64,000 nt of DNA from Pavona decussata (lineage: Eukaryota): NCBI GenBank assembly GCA_977016875.1, contig CDRNST010000257.1, forward strand, positions 310,001-374,000, given 5' to 3'. How positions within the stretch are numbered: the first letter of the stretch is position 1; every line of letters starts with the position of its first letter. The notes below the pieces were generated by a model. That model was not told where the DNA came from and did no database searches. It saw only the letters and a list, made by a program, of their open reading frames with translations. This document shows, piece by piece, positions 63,679 to 64,000 of this stretch. Made by a program: the position numbers and the translations under genes.

Positions 63679-63841
63679 GGAGAGGTGTGTTCACCACAAA
63701 GTTGTTTTCAAAGGGTGATTTTCTGCTTGTATACAGGGGAGAACTAATCACAGGAGAAAAAGGATCTGAAAGAGAAGACTTGTATAATCCAGACTTGGGA
63801 AGCTTTCTCTTTTTCTTTAAAGATGGTTCCAAATGCTTGTG
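63679..63841 (+). pseudogene. SET-domain (KMT5A/SETD8-like) exon
   Basis: After a TTTTTAG acceptor it reads GRGVFTTKLFSKGDFLLVYRGELITGEKGSEREDLYNPDLGSFLFFFK...CLW. The donor reads GCAAG. Absent from the ORF track. Confidence 0.8.
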
Positions 63842-64000
63842 GCAAGAACTCAATCTTTCTAAAAGAACTGAATTTGATAATTTGACATCAGTTAAGCAGC
63901 AGATGCAAGACAAAGTGTGGTCTTGTACAGGCTTAGCAGGCCTTCTGAATTTCGTTTCAAGGCCGTGTGATGTTACTGTCAACATATCACTTTTTATGGT

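Noticed and set aside
1-64000. Whole window as one giant composite element or endogenous virus (Polinton or similar)
   Set aside because: No polB, packaging ATPase, capsid or enclosing termini were seen. The pieces differ in age and nest independently.

Overview
This is AT-rich eukaryotic DNA with GT-AG introns, most consistent with a stony coral or related cnidarian (inferred from repeat style, not tested). The window is a dense graveyard of nested mobile elements. Recognisable components: an internally deleted piggyBac; two DIRS/Ngaro retrotransposon fragments; four Penelope-like elements carrying minimal hammerhead ribozymes; an AcademH-type RecQ helicase gene with a partial duplicate; a near-complete Harbinger; L2-type LINE ends; a 3'-truncated Copia joined to a kinase fragment; a 4.7-kb non-autonomous Kolobok-type element with ~630-bp TIRs; a degenerate AcademX transposase; a Crypton with an inverted-repeat-plus-hairpin end; and several MITEs. 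No intact host housekeeping gene, rRNA, tRNA or CRISPR array was found. The least explained signals are: (i) a spliced plus-strand gene, missed by the ORF track, present in three partial copies and running into a SET-domain-like motif, plus an unrelated SET exon near the window end; (ii) a putative transposase fragment convergent with a HIRAN-like ORF; (iii) a composite 2.9-kb insertion of nearby sequence flanked by a ~92-bp duplication; (iv) variant-core hammerheads. None can be proven a new system from sequence alone. Coordinates were read by eye and may be off by a few bases.
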